A DNA stretch of 64,000 bases. Source: an uncultured Bacillota bacterium (GTDB lineage: Bacteria; Bacillota_I; Bacilli_A; RFN20; CAG-631). Positions 51,264 to 61,449 of this stretch are shown here, one piece after another. A program made the position numbers and the translations under genes. The notes under the pieces were generated by a model. It was not told the DNA's origin, did no database searches, and was given only the letters and a program-made list of their open reading frames with translations. Within the stretch, counting starts at the first letter, position 1, and each line of letters begins with the position of its first letter. The DNA lies in contig CABUID010000004.1 in NCBI GenBank assembly GCA_902491575.1, positions 2,627-66,626 of the forward strand. The letters run 5' to 3'.

Positions 51264-52634
51264 ATGGAATTACCATTTAACGTTGAAGCTGAAAAACAAG
51301 TCTTGGCAAATATGATTTTTTCTTCAGATATGCTGATAGAAACTTTTTCGCGATTAAATAAAGATGATTTTTACCTTAATGAACACAAGATTATTTTTTC
51401 AACTTTAAAATCCATATACGATACCAACAAAGCAAAAATTGAGCCTTTTGCTTTAATCGATCAACTTTCAATTGATGACAATTTAGATAAAGTTGGCGAT
51501 GCATCTTATATTTTAGAATTAATGAATTCTTACATTGATATAGCCAATGCAAAATATTACATTAATTCGGTAGAAGAAAAATCCATTTTAAGAAAAATCA
51601 TTTTATGTGCAAATAACATTGTAACAAAATGGCCAGCAGAATCTTCTGGAGATATTTCAAATTATATTAACAAAATTGAAAGAGATATTACCGATATAAC
51701 TAAAAAACGTAGAGTGGAAGATTTTGTATCCATTACAGAAGCTTTTAATAAATACAAAGAAAGAATTTCACTTATTAAATCCGGTAAAGATAATCTAGAA
51801 GGACTTGCTACAGGATTTGAGACATTCGACAAGATTATGTTAGGTTTTAAAGCCGGAGAAATTAATATTTTAGCAGCAAGACCATCTGTAGGCAAAACGG
51901 CATTGGCACTAAATTTTTTATTTCGTGTAGCGATGAAAACAAAAAAACCATGTGTTCTATTCTCGCTAGAAATGGGTGTTGACTCAGTAACGAATCGTAT
52001 TTTATCTGCCAAAAGTGGCGTACCAATCCGTAAAATTCAAACGGCGGCTTTTGATAAACAAGAAGAAGATAATTTAAACAAGGCAATGCGCGACATTTCA
52101 AGTAGTAATCTATTTATTGATGAAACACCTGCTATTAAAGTAGTAGACATTCGCGCAAAATTAAATAAATTACAATCGAGGTTTGGCGATATAGGTTTAG
52201 TAGTTATCGACTATATTGGACTGATTACACCAGACGTTAAATCGAAAAAAGATGCTTCTAGAACCTTAGAAATCGGAGAAATATCTGCTGCTTTAAAAGC
52301 CATTGCACGTGATTTTAAATGTCCATTGTTGGTTTTATCGCAATTAAACCGAAGTGTGGAAGGTAGAGCTGACAAAGTCCCTCAACTATCGGATTTAAGA
52401 GAATCAGGTTCTATTGAACAAGATGCAGATGTAGTCATGTTTATACATCGACCAGATTATGGAAAAATTCAAGATGCAGCCAATAGTGAAAATGGGACGG
52501 ATGATCCTAATGCCACATCGGATTCACCTGTTAGTTTAATTGTTGCTAAAAACCGAAATGGTCGTTTAGCCACGATTGATTTTATGTTCCAAAAGCATAT
52601 TGGACGCTTTGTAGAAATGGATCAAAGACATTAA
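51264..52634 (+). CDS. dnaB: Replicative DNA helicase (DnaB family; DnaC in Bacillus nomenclature).
   Basis: 'PFNVEAEKQVL', Walker A 'ARPSVGKTALALN', 'LVVIDYIGL' and 'SQLNRSVE'. Confidence 0.9.
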   Translation: MELPFNVEAEKQVLANMIFSSDMLIETFSRLNKDDFYLNEHKIIFSTLKSIYDTNKAKIEPFALIDQLSIDDNLDKVGDASYILELMNSYIDIANAKYYINSVEEKSILRKIILCANNIVTKWPAESSGDISNYINKIERDITDITKKRRVEDFVSITEAFNKYKERISLIKSGKDNLEGLATGFETFDKIMLGFKAGEINILAARPSVGKTALALNFLFRVAMKTKKPCVLFSLEMGVDSVTNRILSAKSGVPIRKIQTAAFDKQEEDNLNKAMRDISSSNLFIDETPAIKVVDIRAKLNKLQSRFGDIGLVVIDYIGLITPDVKSKKDASRTLEIGEISAALKAIARDFKCPLLVLSQLNRSVEGRADKVPQLSDLRESGSIEQDADVVMFIHRPDYGKIQDAANSENGTDDPNATSDSPVSLIVAKNRNGRLATIDFMFQKHIGRFVEMDQRH

Positions 52635-52635
52635 T

Positions 52636-53394
52636 ATGCGATATTATTTTTTAGCGAGTGGTTCTGGTGGCAATTGTACGGTTTTAGTAAATGATGAAAA
52701 CGAAATTCTTCTTATCGATTGTGGCATTCCTGTAATGGATATAAAAAGAAGAATGAAACAAATTAATTTAGATTTTGAAAATGTAAAAAAAGTTATAATT
52801 ACTCACATGCATGTAGACCACGTAAAATCTTTAAAAGCCTTTGATCCTCAAAATGTTTACTTAAATGCTTTAACTAATATGAATGAATATAATCTTTTTG
52901 ATTATTATCAAACCTTAAATATTTTAGGTTTCAAGATTTATACCTTACCTGTTTCTCATGATTCACCTGGAACAACTGGATTTTTAATTGAATATAAAAA
53001 TGAAAAAATGGCTTATATTACCGACACAGGCTATGTCCACGAAAATATTCAGCGAATCATCAATAATTGCGATATCTATTGTATGGAAAGTAATCATGAC
53101 CCACGTTTGTTGATGCTGACCAAAAGACCTATGTTTTTAAAACAACGAATTTTATCCGCTATTGGGCATTTATCGAACCAAGATTGTGCTTATGTTTTAG
53201 GAAATATAATTGGACCAAAAACGAAAGAAATTGCTTTTTTACATCGTTCTAAAGAAGCAAATACCGAAGAAATACTTATGGAAACATTCTTATCAACAAT
53301 GAAAAAAATGAATGTCAATATTGAACAAATTTCTTTATGTATTGCACGCCAAAATGAACCCGTATCCTTTGAACAATTAACCATTAATAGATAA
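52636..53394 (+). CDS. MBL-fold metallo-hydrolase.
   Basis: 'HMHVDH' (HxHxDH), 'ITDTG' and 'ESNHD'. Confidence 0.6.
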   Translation: MRYYFLASGSGGNCTVLVNDENEILLIDCGIPVMDIKRRMKQINLDFENVKKVIITHMHVDHVKSLKAFDPQNVYLNALTNMNEYNLFDYYQTLNILGFKIYTLPVSHDSPGTTGFLIEYKNEKMAYITDTGYVHENIQRIINNCDIYCMESNHDPRLLMLTKRPMFLKQRILSAIGHLSNQDCAYVLGNIIGPKTKEIAFLHRSKEANTEEILMETFLSTMKKMNVNIEQISLCIARQNEPVSFEQLTINR

Positions 53395-53444
53395 TGACTT
53401 TAAACTCATTATTATTGATTTTTTTTAAAAATAGTTTATAATTT

Positions 53445-54008
53445 GTGCAGGGTGAACAAAATATGATCAACAAGGCTTATATCAAAATAACCAATAAGAA
53501 TAATCGAAATTTATTGAAACAGATATTAACAGATAATTTTAAAGATTTTGAAATGGATTGGGACAATGATATTGCTACTTTAATCGTTATGGATTGTGAA
53601 TCTTTCCAGTGGCAATTAAAAAAATTACTATCGATGTCTTTTCAAGATTTTAATGTGCAAGCAAGTATTCTTATTGTTCCTTTCTTTGATTATTTATTTT
53701 TAAAATATCTTGATAAACTTAATAACAAAGTTTGTACCGCTTTTGAAGTGTTTATCCGGAATATTCATGAAGATTTTGTTCAGACTGACGCAAAAGAAAT
53801 TATTTTTAAACTTGGTCAAAAGAATATGGATACCTTAAAAGCTTTTTTATATTGCAATGGAAATTCATGTGAAACAGCAAATGAATTATTTATTCATCGC
53901 AATACTTTCAATTATCGAATCAATCAATTGGTTCAATTAAATAATATCGATATACGCGATTTAAATACATTAATGTTTTTCAATTTAATCATCAATATTT
54001 GTGCATAA
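53445..54008 (+). CDS. PucR-like C-terminal HTH domain protein (putative regulator).
   Basis: C-terminal 'CETANELFIHRNTFNYRINQLVQL' HTH. Confidence 0.35.
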   Translation: MQGEQNMINKAYIKITNKNNRNLLKQILTDNFKDFEMDWDNDIATLIVMDCESFQWQLKKLLSMSFQDFNVQASILIVPFFDYLFLKYLDKLNNKVCTAFEVFIRNIHEDFVQTDAKEIIFKLGQKNMDTLKAFLYCNGNSCETANELFIHRNTFNYRINQLVQLNNIDIRDLNTLMFFNLIINICA

Positions 54009-54067
54009 TGCACAACATCTTTTCTTTAAAATCATATACAATATTCTTAATATAAAAGGAGAAAATT

Positions 54068-55246
54068 ATGGCAACATTAAAATTTGTAAATATTAATAAA
54101 ATTTATGATAACAAAGTTCAAGCAGTTTTTGATTTTAACCTTGATGTACAAGACAAAGAATTTATCGTTTTTGTCGGTCCTTCAGGATGTGGTAAATCAA
54201 CAACTTTAAGAATGGTAGCTGGTCTTGAAGAAATAACTTCTGGAGAATTATATATTAATGATCGTTTAGTAAATGATATAGCACCAAAGGATAGAGATAT
54301 CGCCATGGTATTCCAATCTTATGCTTTATATCCTCACATGACTGTATTCGACAATATGGCTTTTGGTCTAAAATTAAGAAAAATACCAAAAGAAGAAATC
54401 GAAAAAAGAGTTAATGAAGCTGCAGCAATTTTAGGACTTGAACCTTACCTTAACCGAAGACCAAAAGCATTATCAGGTGGTCAAAGACAAAGAGTCGCTT
54501 TAGGTAGAGCCATTGTACGTAGCCCTAAAGTGTTTTTAATGGATGAACCTTTAAGTAACCTTGATGCTAAATTAAGAGTTCAAATGAGAGCTGAAATTGC
54601 TAAAATTCATGAACGTGTTGGCGCTACAACCATTTACGTTACTCACGACCAAACTGAAGCGATGACAATGGCTTCTAGAATTGTTATTATGAAAGATGGT
54701 CATGTTCAACAAATTGGTTCACCAAAAGAGGTTTATAATTATCCTGCTAATATTTTCGTCGGTGGTTTCATTGGTTCACCTGCTATGAATTTCTTGCGTG
54801 GTAAATATATCGATGGAAAATTTGTCATTGAAGCAGATAAAACACAAAGAAGAATTGATATTGAACTTACAGAAGAATTGCGTTTAAATATCCAAGGTTA
54901 TGAAAATGAAGAAGTTGTATTAGGAATTCGTCCTGAGGATATTTATGTTGATGGTCCAATTGTTGAAAAATATCCAAATGCAACGAATGAAGTTGAATGT
55001 GATGTTGTCGAATTATTAGGTCATGAACTTATCGTTTATGGTTATATGAATAGTCAACGTATCATTGTTAAAACAAGCGCAATTCATGATATTCAAGTAC
55101 ATGATAAAGTAAACTTTACATTCGATATGAATAAAGTTCATTTCTTTGATCCTACTACAACAAATCGTTTAGTTTATAAAAAAGAAAAATTAGGAGCTAT
55201 GAATCATAACGAAGAAGCAAAAGAAACAAACGAGGTAAGTGAATAA
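54068..55246 (+). CDS. Sugar ABC transporter ATP-binding protein (MalK/MsmK/MsmX-type, with C-terminal TOBE domain).
   Basis: 'GPSGCGKSTTLRMVAGLE', 'LSGGQRQRVALGRA' and 'FLMDEPLSNLDA'. Confidence 0.85.
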   Translation: MATLKFVNINKIYDNKVQAVFDFNLDVQDKEFIVFVGPSGCGKSTTLRMVAGLEEITSGELYINDRLVNDIAPKDRDIAMVFQSYALYPHMTVFDNMAFGLKLRKIPKEEIEKRVNEAAAILGLEPYLNRRPKALSGGQRQRVALGRAIVRSPKVFLMDEPLSNLDAKLRVQMRAEIAKIHERVGATTIYVTHDQTEAMTMASRIVIMKDGHVQQIGSPKEVYNYPANIFVGGFIGSPAMNFLRGKYIDGKFVIEADKTQRRIDIELTEELRLNIQGYENEEVVLGIRPEDIYVDGPIVEKYPNATNEVECDVVELLGHELIVYGYMNSQRIIVKTSAIHDIQVHDKVNFTFDMNKVHFFDPTTTNRLVYKKEKLGAMNHNEEAKETNEVSE

Positions 55247-55265
55247 TTCATTCATTTTAAGACAA

Positions 55266-55295
55266 AGCAATTATTATTAATTGCTTTTTTTGAAA
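55266..55295 (+). terminator. Rho-independent terminator.
   Basis: 'AAGCAATTattattAATTGCTT' hairpin followed by 'TTTTT'. Confidence 0.45.
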
Positions 55296-55308
55296 GAAGG
55301 AGACATTA

Positions 55309-57189
55309 ATGGCAGTTTTAAGTGTGAAGGATATATCGAAAAGTTATAAAGCATCACTTGTTTTAAATGATGTTTCTTTCAGCATTAATAAGAATGATAA
55401 AGTTGCTATTATTGGCGATAATGGAGAAGGAAAAACAACTTTATTAAAAATCCTTACAAAACAAATTGAGCCGGATAAAGGATCCGTTTTTTTTGAAAAC
55501 TCAGAAAGTATTGGCTATTTATCTCAACAAGTAATTGACAATGTTGAACATACTTTAATGGAGGAAATGGAACTTTCTTTTACGAAAATCAAAAAAATGG
55601 AACTTGAAATGGCAGATTTAGTAGAAAAAATGAGCTATCACTCCGATAAGAATTTAATTGAAAGATATTCTATGCTTCATGATTTATATACAAATGAAGG
55701 TGGCTATGAATATAAATATTTAATCCAGCAAATGTTATTTAAATTTGGATTTAATGAACTGGATTATCAACGTCCTTTAAAATCTTTTTCTGGTGGAGAA
55801 AGGACAAGAGCATCTTTTGTTAAATTGTTATTAACCAAACCTTCTTTTTTATTACTGGATGAACCAACGAACCATCTTGATCTGATAATGATTGAATGGC
55901 TTGAAAAGTACTTAAAAACCTATAATGGCACGATAATCATTGTTTCACATGATCAAGTTTTTATTGATAATTTGGTTAATAAAGTTATAGAATTAGAAAA
56001 TCATAAAGCCACTTTGTATTCTGGAAATTATTCCTATTATATCCAAGAAAAACAATTGAGATATGAACAAGCATTAAAAGCTTATAATCTACAAGAAAAA
56101 GAAATTAAAAGATTAGAAATGCTCATACGAAAGTTTAAACCTAAACCAACTAAAACTTCTTTTGCTCAATCGTTAGAAAAAAAATTAGATAAAATGGAAA
56201 AAATTGAAAAACCATCTAATCGACAAAAGACAATACATGCAAAGTTTGAAGCAAATCTAGAGCCTTATAGCGTCAAAATGCATATCTCCGAAAATTTAGA
56301 ATTTGGTTATAATGGCAAAGCGTTAACTGAACCATTGAATCTTATCATTTCAAACCAAGATAAAATTTGTATTATGGGACAAAATGGGTCGGGGAAAACA
56401 ACTCTTTTAAAATGTTTAATGACGAATGAAAATAAACTTTCTGGTTTTAATCATGATGTGAGAGAAAATTTAAAGTATTTTTATTTTGATCAAACGCAGC
56501 AAATATTAAATCCTAATCTTACATTATTTGATACTATCCATAATGAATTCCCTTTAATGAGCAACACAGAAGTTAGAACCTTACTAGGTAGATTTTTATT
56601 TCATGATGATGATGTATTCAAATATATTGAAAATCTTTCTGGAGGGGAAAAAATCAGGATGATTTTTGCTTTAATTTCTTTAAGAAATTATGATATTTTA
56701 TATTTAGATGAACCTACAAATCATTTGGATTTCACAACTAAACGAATCATCTCTGATATTTTAGAAGATTATCCTGGAACCATTATTATGGTTTCTCACG
56801 ATCGTTTTTTTGTAAATCGTGTTGCAAACAAAATTCTATATTTACAAAATGGACATTTTATCTTAGAGGAAGGAAATTATGATGATTTTTGTAAATTACA
56901 TGATATTCAAAATAGTTCTTCTTTACAAAATGTAAAAAAGAATAAAGATCTTTCTTTGCCTATCAAAAAAGAGAAAAAAATTCCAAATGTCTCTTTAGAA
57001 AAGCAAAGAAAAAAAATTGAAAAAGAAATCGAAGAATTAATGATCCAATTAGATAATGAAAACCAAAAAATATCGGATTTTGAAGTTCAATACAATTGGC
57101 TTGAGTATAAGGAAATGCAAGAAAAAATTGAAGAATTAGAAGATCAAATTGAATTATTAATGAATAAACTTGAAAAATTGGATGCTTAA
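55309..57189 (+). CDS. ABC-F family ATPase (two ABC domains plus a C-terminal coiled coil).
   Basis: Two Walker A motifs ('GDNGEGKTTLL', 'GQNGSGKTTLL') and two signature motifs ('FSGGERTR', 'LSGGEKIR'). No TM domain. Confidence 0.8.
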   Translation: MAVLSVKDISKSYKASLVLNDVSFSINKNDKVAIIGDNGEGKTTLLKILTKQIEPDKGSVFFENSESIGYLSQQVIDNVEHTLMEEMELSFTKIKKMELEMADLVEKMSYHSDKNLIERYSMLHDLYTNEGGYEYKYLIQQMLFKFGFNELDYQRPLKSFSGGERTRASFVKLLLTKPSFLLLDEPTNHLDLIMIEWLEKYLKTYNGTIIIVSHDQVFIDNLVNKVIELENHKATLYSGNYSYYIQEKQLRYEQALKAYNLQEKEIKRLEMLIRKFKPKPTKTSFAQSLEKKLDKMEKIEKPSNRQKTIHAKFEANLEPYSVKMHISENLEFGYNGKALTEPLNLIISNQDKICIMGQNGSGKTTLLKCLMTNENKLSGFNHDVRENLKYFYFDQTQQILNPNLTLFDTIHNEFPLMSNTEVRTLLGRFLFHDDDVFKYIENLSGGEKIRMIFALISLRNYDILYLDEPTNHLDFTTKRIISDILEDYPGTIIMVSHDRFFVNRVANKILYLQNGHFILEEGNYDDFCKLHDIQNSSSLQNVKKNKDLSLPIKKEKKIPNVSLEKQRKKIEKEIEELMIQLDNENQKISDFEVQYNWLEYKEMQEKIEELEDQIELLMNKLEKLDA

Positions 57190-57252
57190 TGTTTATTTTT
57201 CATAAAAAAAATAGTATAATAATTGATGAACTTCAAAAAAGGAGAGAACATT

Positions 57253-57729
57253 ATGTCAAATATAAAAAAAGAAGTAGTAACAAAAGAATATTTTGAAGAA
57301 TTACAACTTCAATATAGACATTTACTTGATGTAGAAAGACCTCAAGTATTAGAAGAATTAGCTGCTGCTCGTGCTCAAGGTGACTTATCAGAAAATGCAG
57401 ATTATGATGCTGCAAGAAATAAACAAGCCGAAATTGAAGCTAAAATTAGAGATTTAGAATTTACTTTAGGCAATATTGAAGTCGCTTCCGAAAAATCATC
57501 TAAAAATCGAGTAACGGCTACGAGTACTGTAACCATTTTTGATGAAGAAGATCAAGAAGAATATACTTTTCAATTAGTGGGTTCTATTGGATCAGACCCT
57601 GAAAAAGGTAAAATCACTACTGAATCTTCTTTGGGTGCTGCTTTACTTGGTAAAGAAGTAGGTAATGAAGTAGAAGTCATTTGTGGAGATGGAAATTCTT
57701 ACAAAATTATTATTCGTTCTATTCGATAA
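57253..57729 (+). CDS. greA: Transcription elongation factor GreA.
   Basis: 'ARAQGDLSENADYDAARNKQAEIEAKIRDLE'. 'AAAGGAGAG' SD precedes the ATG at 57253. Confidence 0.85.
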   Translation: MSNIKKEVVTKEYFEELQLQYRHLLDVERPQVLEELAAARAQGDLSENADYDAARNKQAEIEAKIRDLEFTLGNIEVASEKSSKNRVTATSTVTIFDEEDQEEYTFQLVGSIGSDPEKGKITTESSLGAALLGKEVGNEVEVICGDGNSYKIIIRSIR

Positions 57730-57783
57730 ATTTTAAGTAAAATAAATATAAAATCACTACTATAAATATAGGAGGATACATCC

Positions 57784-58314
57784 ATGAAAACGATTATAGG
57801 AGTGATTTTTTTAGTTTTTATTATTATCATTGGTATGACTGCAATTGAAAAAGATAGAGCTATTTTTTATACTAGTTTAAATCAAGGGAATGAAAGTCAA
57901 AATATTGATGATTCTACAAGTAATGAAGAAGTTTATTTTTATGTTACTTTATCTGGTGAAATTCAAAAACCTGGCACTTATGCAATCATTGCCAATAGTT
58001 ATTTAGAAGAAATTATTGCTCTTGCTAGTGGTGTTACTACACAAGCTGACACTGATTGTTTTGATTACTATTTAATCATTGAAGAAGATTTGGAAATCTA
58101 TATTCCACCTATTAGTAATGAAAAAAAAGTTTCATTAAATACAGCAACGTTAGAGGAATTAACACAACTTTCTGGTATTGGAAAAGTACTAGGAAATCGC
58201 ATCATTACTTACCGTGAAGAAAATGGTAATTTTAAATTTTTAGAAGAAATTATGAAAATTGATGGCATAGGGAAAGCCTTATTTTTTAAAATTAGAGATC
58301 AAATATGTCTTTAA
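57784..58314 (+). CDS. comEA: Competence protein ComEA (SLBB + tandem HhH DNA-binding domains).
   Basis: 'LNTATLEELTQLSGIGKVLGNRIITYREENG.F...IDGIGKALF'. Confidence 0.8.
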   Translation: MKTIIGVIFLVFIIIIGMTAIEKDRAIFYTSLNQGNESQNIDDSTSNEEVYFYVTLSGEIQKPGTYAIIANSYLEEIIALASGVTTQADTDCFDYYLIIEEDLEIYIPPISNEKKVSLNTATLEELTQLSGIGKVLGNRIITYREENGNFKFLEEIMKIDGIGKALFFKIRDQICL

Positions 58315-60365
58315 AAAACTTTTTTGTATTTTTATTGATAACTTCATTACTCGCTATTAGTTTTCTTTATACACATTTTTTTATTATCATTCTAGTTTTT
58401 ATTTTTTTTCTTGTTTTCGTTTTTAAAAAATATGGTTGGTTTTCTTCTTTAAGCTTAATCATCTGTTTCATTTTTTTTAACTTTTATAAAATTAATCAAA
58501 AACCAAATATACAAGAAAAGAATATTGAAAATTATTTTAGTGTTTTTGAAGCAAAAGAAAAGTATATGCTTGTTAAAGATAATGAAAATCGCTATTTAGT
58601 TTATTATCCTGAAAATAAGGAAACTTATGAAAAAAAAGATGAATTGTATATATCAGGATTTTTAATTGAAATTCAAAAAGATTTAGATATTGATGTATTT
58701 GATTTTAAAGAATATCTTAATAAAAAAAGAGTTTTTTATCAAATTGTCATTGAGCAGGTAAAACTTGTTCGTTCAAATGCATCTTTTAACCAAAAAATAA
58801 TTCAAACCTTAACAGGCAAATTAAAAGATGAAAGCTATAATATGACAAGAATGTTGCTTTTTAACGATAAAGAAGTGGATATTGAAAACTATAATCATTT
58901 AAAAGAAATAAATGCATTACATCTCTTTGTCGTATCAGGTTTTCATATTCATTTTTTATTTTCTCTTATTATAAATATTTTTAAAAAAAAGAAAATAGGA
59001 ATGATGGTTGCTTTTGCTTTTTGTTTTTTTTACGTTTATATTCTTGATTTTACAATAAGTTCTTGTCGCGCACTTTTCACTTTATTTTTATCAAAATGTT
59101 TCTCAAAATTTTTTTCTACTTTAGATTGTATTTCTATTTCGGGTTTATTATTTCTTCTTATCGAACCTTTAAATATTTATAATTATTCATTTATAATGAC
59201 CTATATTATGACCTTTACGATGGTTATTTCTGCCAATATTGTTAAAAATCAAAATAAAATTTTACAAGCATTTATACTTTCTTTTATTGGATTTTTGGCG
59301 ATGATTCCCATTCAATTATTATTAAATTATAAGATTAACTTCATAAGTTTAATTGCTAATGCTTTTTTAAGCTATATTGTTCTTATCTTATTTATGGCTT
59401 GCTTAATTGGTATGCCAATATCGATTATTTCAAATAACTTTTTTCAATTTATTTATAAGCCTTTCTATAAAATAATCGAACAATTAAGTAACTTATCTAC
59501 TTCTATTACCTTTGGAAGTCTTTCTTTTTGGTTAATCTTACTATACTATATTTTGTTTTTTTTCTTTTTATATATTTTAGAAAAAAGAAAACTCAAAAAA
59601 TCTATTTTATCTTTTTTACCTATTCTTGCTTTCATGTTTTGCCTTTATCATCGACAATATTTCATTACTTATCAACAAGTAACTTTTTTGAATGTCTTTC
59701 AAGGTGATTGTGCCATTATACAAGATTCGTATCATGGTGGAGTCATGCTCATTGATACTGGTGGCTTATTAAATTATGATATTGCAGAGAAAAAAATTAT
59801 GCCATATTTAAATTATCATGGAATACGTGAAATTGATATGGTCGTTATAACTCATCATGATAATGATCATTGTGGAGCTTTACAATCATTAAGTGAAAAA
59901 GTAAAAATAAAGGAAATTATCGACGACCCTAATATAGAAAATTTAAAATTAGGAAAATTATCATTTACCAATCTAAATCACTATTTTTCTCATAATGATA
60001 ATGAAAATGATCAATCCATCGTTTTATATGGAAATATATGTTCTTTAAATTTTTTATTTACAGGCGATATTTCTTCGGAAATTGAATTGAAAATCATTCA
60101 AGATTATTCTTCACTTAAGGTTGATGTATTAAAAGTAGCTCATCATGGTTCTTCTACTTCTACACATCGTGATTTTATTGCTTTTATCCAACCAAAATAT
60201 GCCATTATTAGTGTTGGTGAAAATAATATATATGGTCATCCTTCCCCACTCGTCTTAAGAATTTTAACTCAATATAATGTGGAAGTCTATCGTACGGATG
60301 AAGACGGAACAATAAGATTTAAAGGTAAAATATTGGATAAGTATTTCATTGAAACAGCAAAATAA
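58305..60365 (+). CDS. comEC: DNA internalisation competence protein ComEC/Rec2 (with C-terminal MBL domain).
   Basis: Polytopic competence domain; 'VVITHHDNDHCGAL', 'FTGDIS' and 'LKVAHHGS'. Confidence 0.8.
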   Translation: MSLKNFFVFLLITSLLAISFLYTHFFIIILVFIFFLVFVFKKYGWFSSLSLIICFIFFNFYKINQKPNIQEKNIENYFSVFEAKEKYMLVKDNENRYLVYYPENKETYEKKDELYISGFLIEIQKDLDIDVFDFKEYLNKKRVFYQIVIEQVKLVRSNASFNQKIIQTLTGKLKDESYNMTRMLLFNDKEVDIENYNHLKEINALHLFVVSGFHIHFLFSLIINIFKKKKIGMMVAFAFCFFYVYILDFTISSCRALFTLFLSKCFSKFFSTLDCISISGLLFLLIEPLNIYNYSFIMTYIMTFTMVISANIVKNQNKILQAFILSFIGFLAMIPIQLLLNYKINFISLIANAFLSYIVLILFMACLIGMPISIISNNFFQFIYKPFYKIIEQLSNLSTSITFGSLSFWLILLYYILFFFFLYILEKRKLKKSILSFLPILAFMFCLYHRQYFITYQQVTFLNVFQGDCAIIQDSYHGGVMLIDTGGLLNYDIAEKKIMPYLNYHGIREIDMVVITHHDNDHCGALQSLSEKVKIKEIIDDPNIENLKLGKLSFTNLNHYFSHNDNENDQSIVLYGNICSLNFLFTGDISSEIELKIIQDYSSLKVDVLKVAHHGSSTSTHRDFIAFIQPKYAIISVGENNIYGHPSPLVLRILTQYNVEVYRTDEDGTIRFKGKILDKYFIETAK

Positions 60366-60392
60366 TGTATAATAAAATCGTGAGGATTATTT

Positions 60393-61346
60393 ATGATAAG
60401 ATTATTAATTAGTGAACCATCTCTTTTATTAAAAGCAAAAATCAATGAATACACTTATGCTATTTTAGAATCTAAAAACGATTTTAATTATTGTACTTTT
60501 GATTTTGAAGAAACACCATTAGATGAAATTATAGATACTTTACAATCTCCTGCTTTTGGATCGGATAAAAAAATGGTTATTTGCAAAAATCCCTATTTTA
60601 TTAAAGATGAAAAATTAAAATTACCTTTTACAAACGACTTAAAAAAATTAGAAGATTATATTGCCAATCCAAACCCAGACAGTGAATGGATTATCATTTG
60701 CCCGAAAAAATATTATATAGCCAAAAATAAACTCATCAATAAAATAGCTAAAAATGGTAAAGTTGAAAATTTATTACTTGAGAATGAAAATGAATATTAT
60801 GATTATGGAAAACATTTAATTGAAAGTGCAAATATTAAAATTGAAGAAAAAGCAATGAATATTTTATTTGAACGTTGCATAAACGATATTTGTAAACTAG
60901 AAAGAGAAATTGCTAAGTTAGCACTTTATAATCAACCAATTGATGTTAACTTAATTCAAAAATTTGTTTCCAAACCATTGGAAGATGATGTGTTTGAATT
61001 ATCCAATGCTCTTTTATCGAAAAATCATAAAAAAATAATGCAAGTGTATAATGATTTAAAATTATTAAAAATAGAACCTGTATATTTAATTTCTTTATTA
61101 GCCAACCAATTTCGTTTAATGCTTCAAGTATCTATTTTACGAAAACAAAACGATAAAGAAGAAAATATCGCTGAAATTTTAAATGTTCATCCTTATCGTA
61201 TAAAATTGGCTATAAAAAACACTCAAAATTATTCATTACAAGATTTAAAAAATAGCTTAATTGAATTATCTGATCTCGATAGTAAAATTAAGACAGGCGA
61301 ATTGGACCGTTATGTAGATTTCGAACTTTTTTTAGCAACGAAATAA
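60393..61346 (+). CDS. holA: DNA polymerase III subunit delta.
   Basis: Position after comEC as in Bacillus; 317 aa; 'PVYLISLLANQFR' delta C-terminal helical region. Confidence 0.65.
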   Translation: MIRLLISEPSLLLKAKINEYTYAILESKNDFNYCTFDFEETPLDEIIDTLQSPAFGSDKKMVICKNPYFIKDEKLKLPFTNDLKKLEDYIANPNPDSEWIIICPKKYYIAKNKLINKIAKNGKVENLLLENENEYYDYGKHLIESANIKIEEKAMNILFERCINDICKLEREIAKLALYNQPIDVNLIQKFVSKPLEDDVFELSNALLSKNHKKIMQVYNDLKLLKIEPVYLISLLANQFRLMLQVSILRKQNDKEENIAEILNVHPYRIKLAIKNTQNYSLQDLKNSLIELSDLDSKIKTGELDRYVDFELFLATK

Positions 61347-61449
61347 TGATTTATAACATTTTTTTGATCTTTTTAAAAGAATGTCAAAAGAATGTTTTTT
61401 TTCCACAAAAAATATAGTATAATAGATTTAGATATTGCGGAGGCACTTT

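Noticed and set aside
51662-52101. Minus-strand ORFs inside dnaB.
   Set aside because: Antisense to a highly conserved helicase gene.
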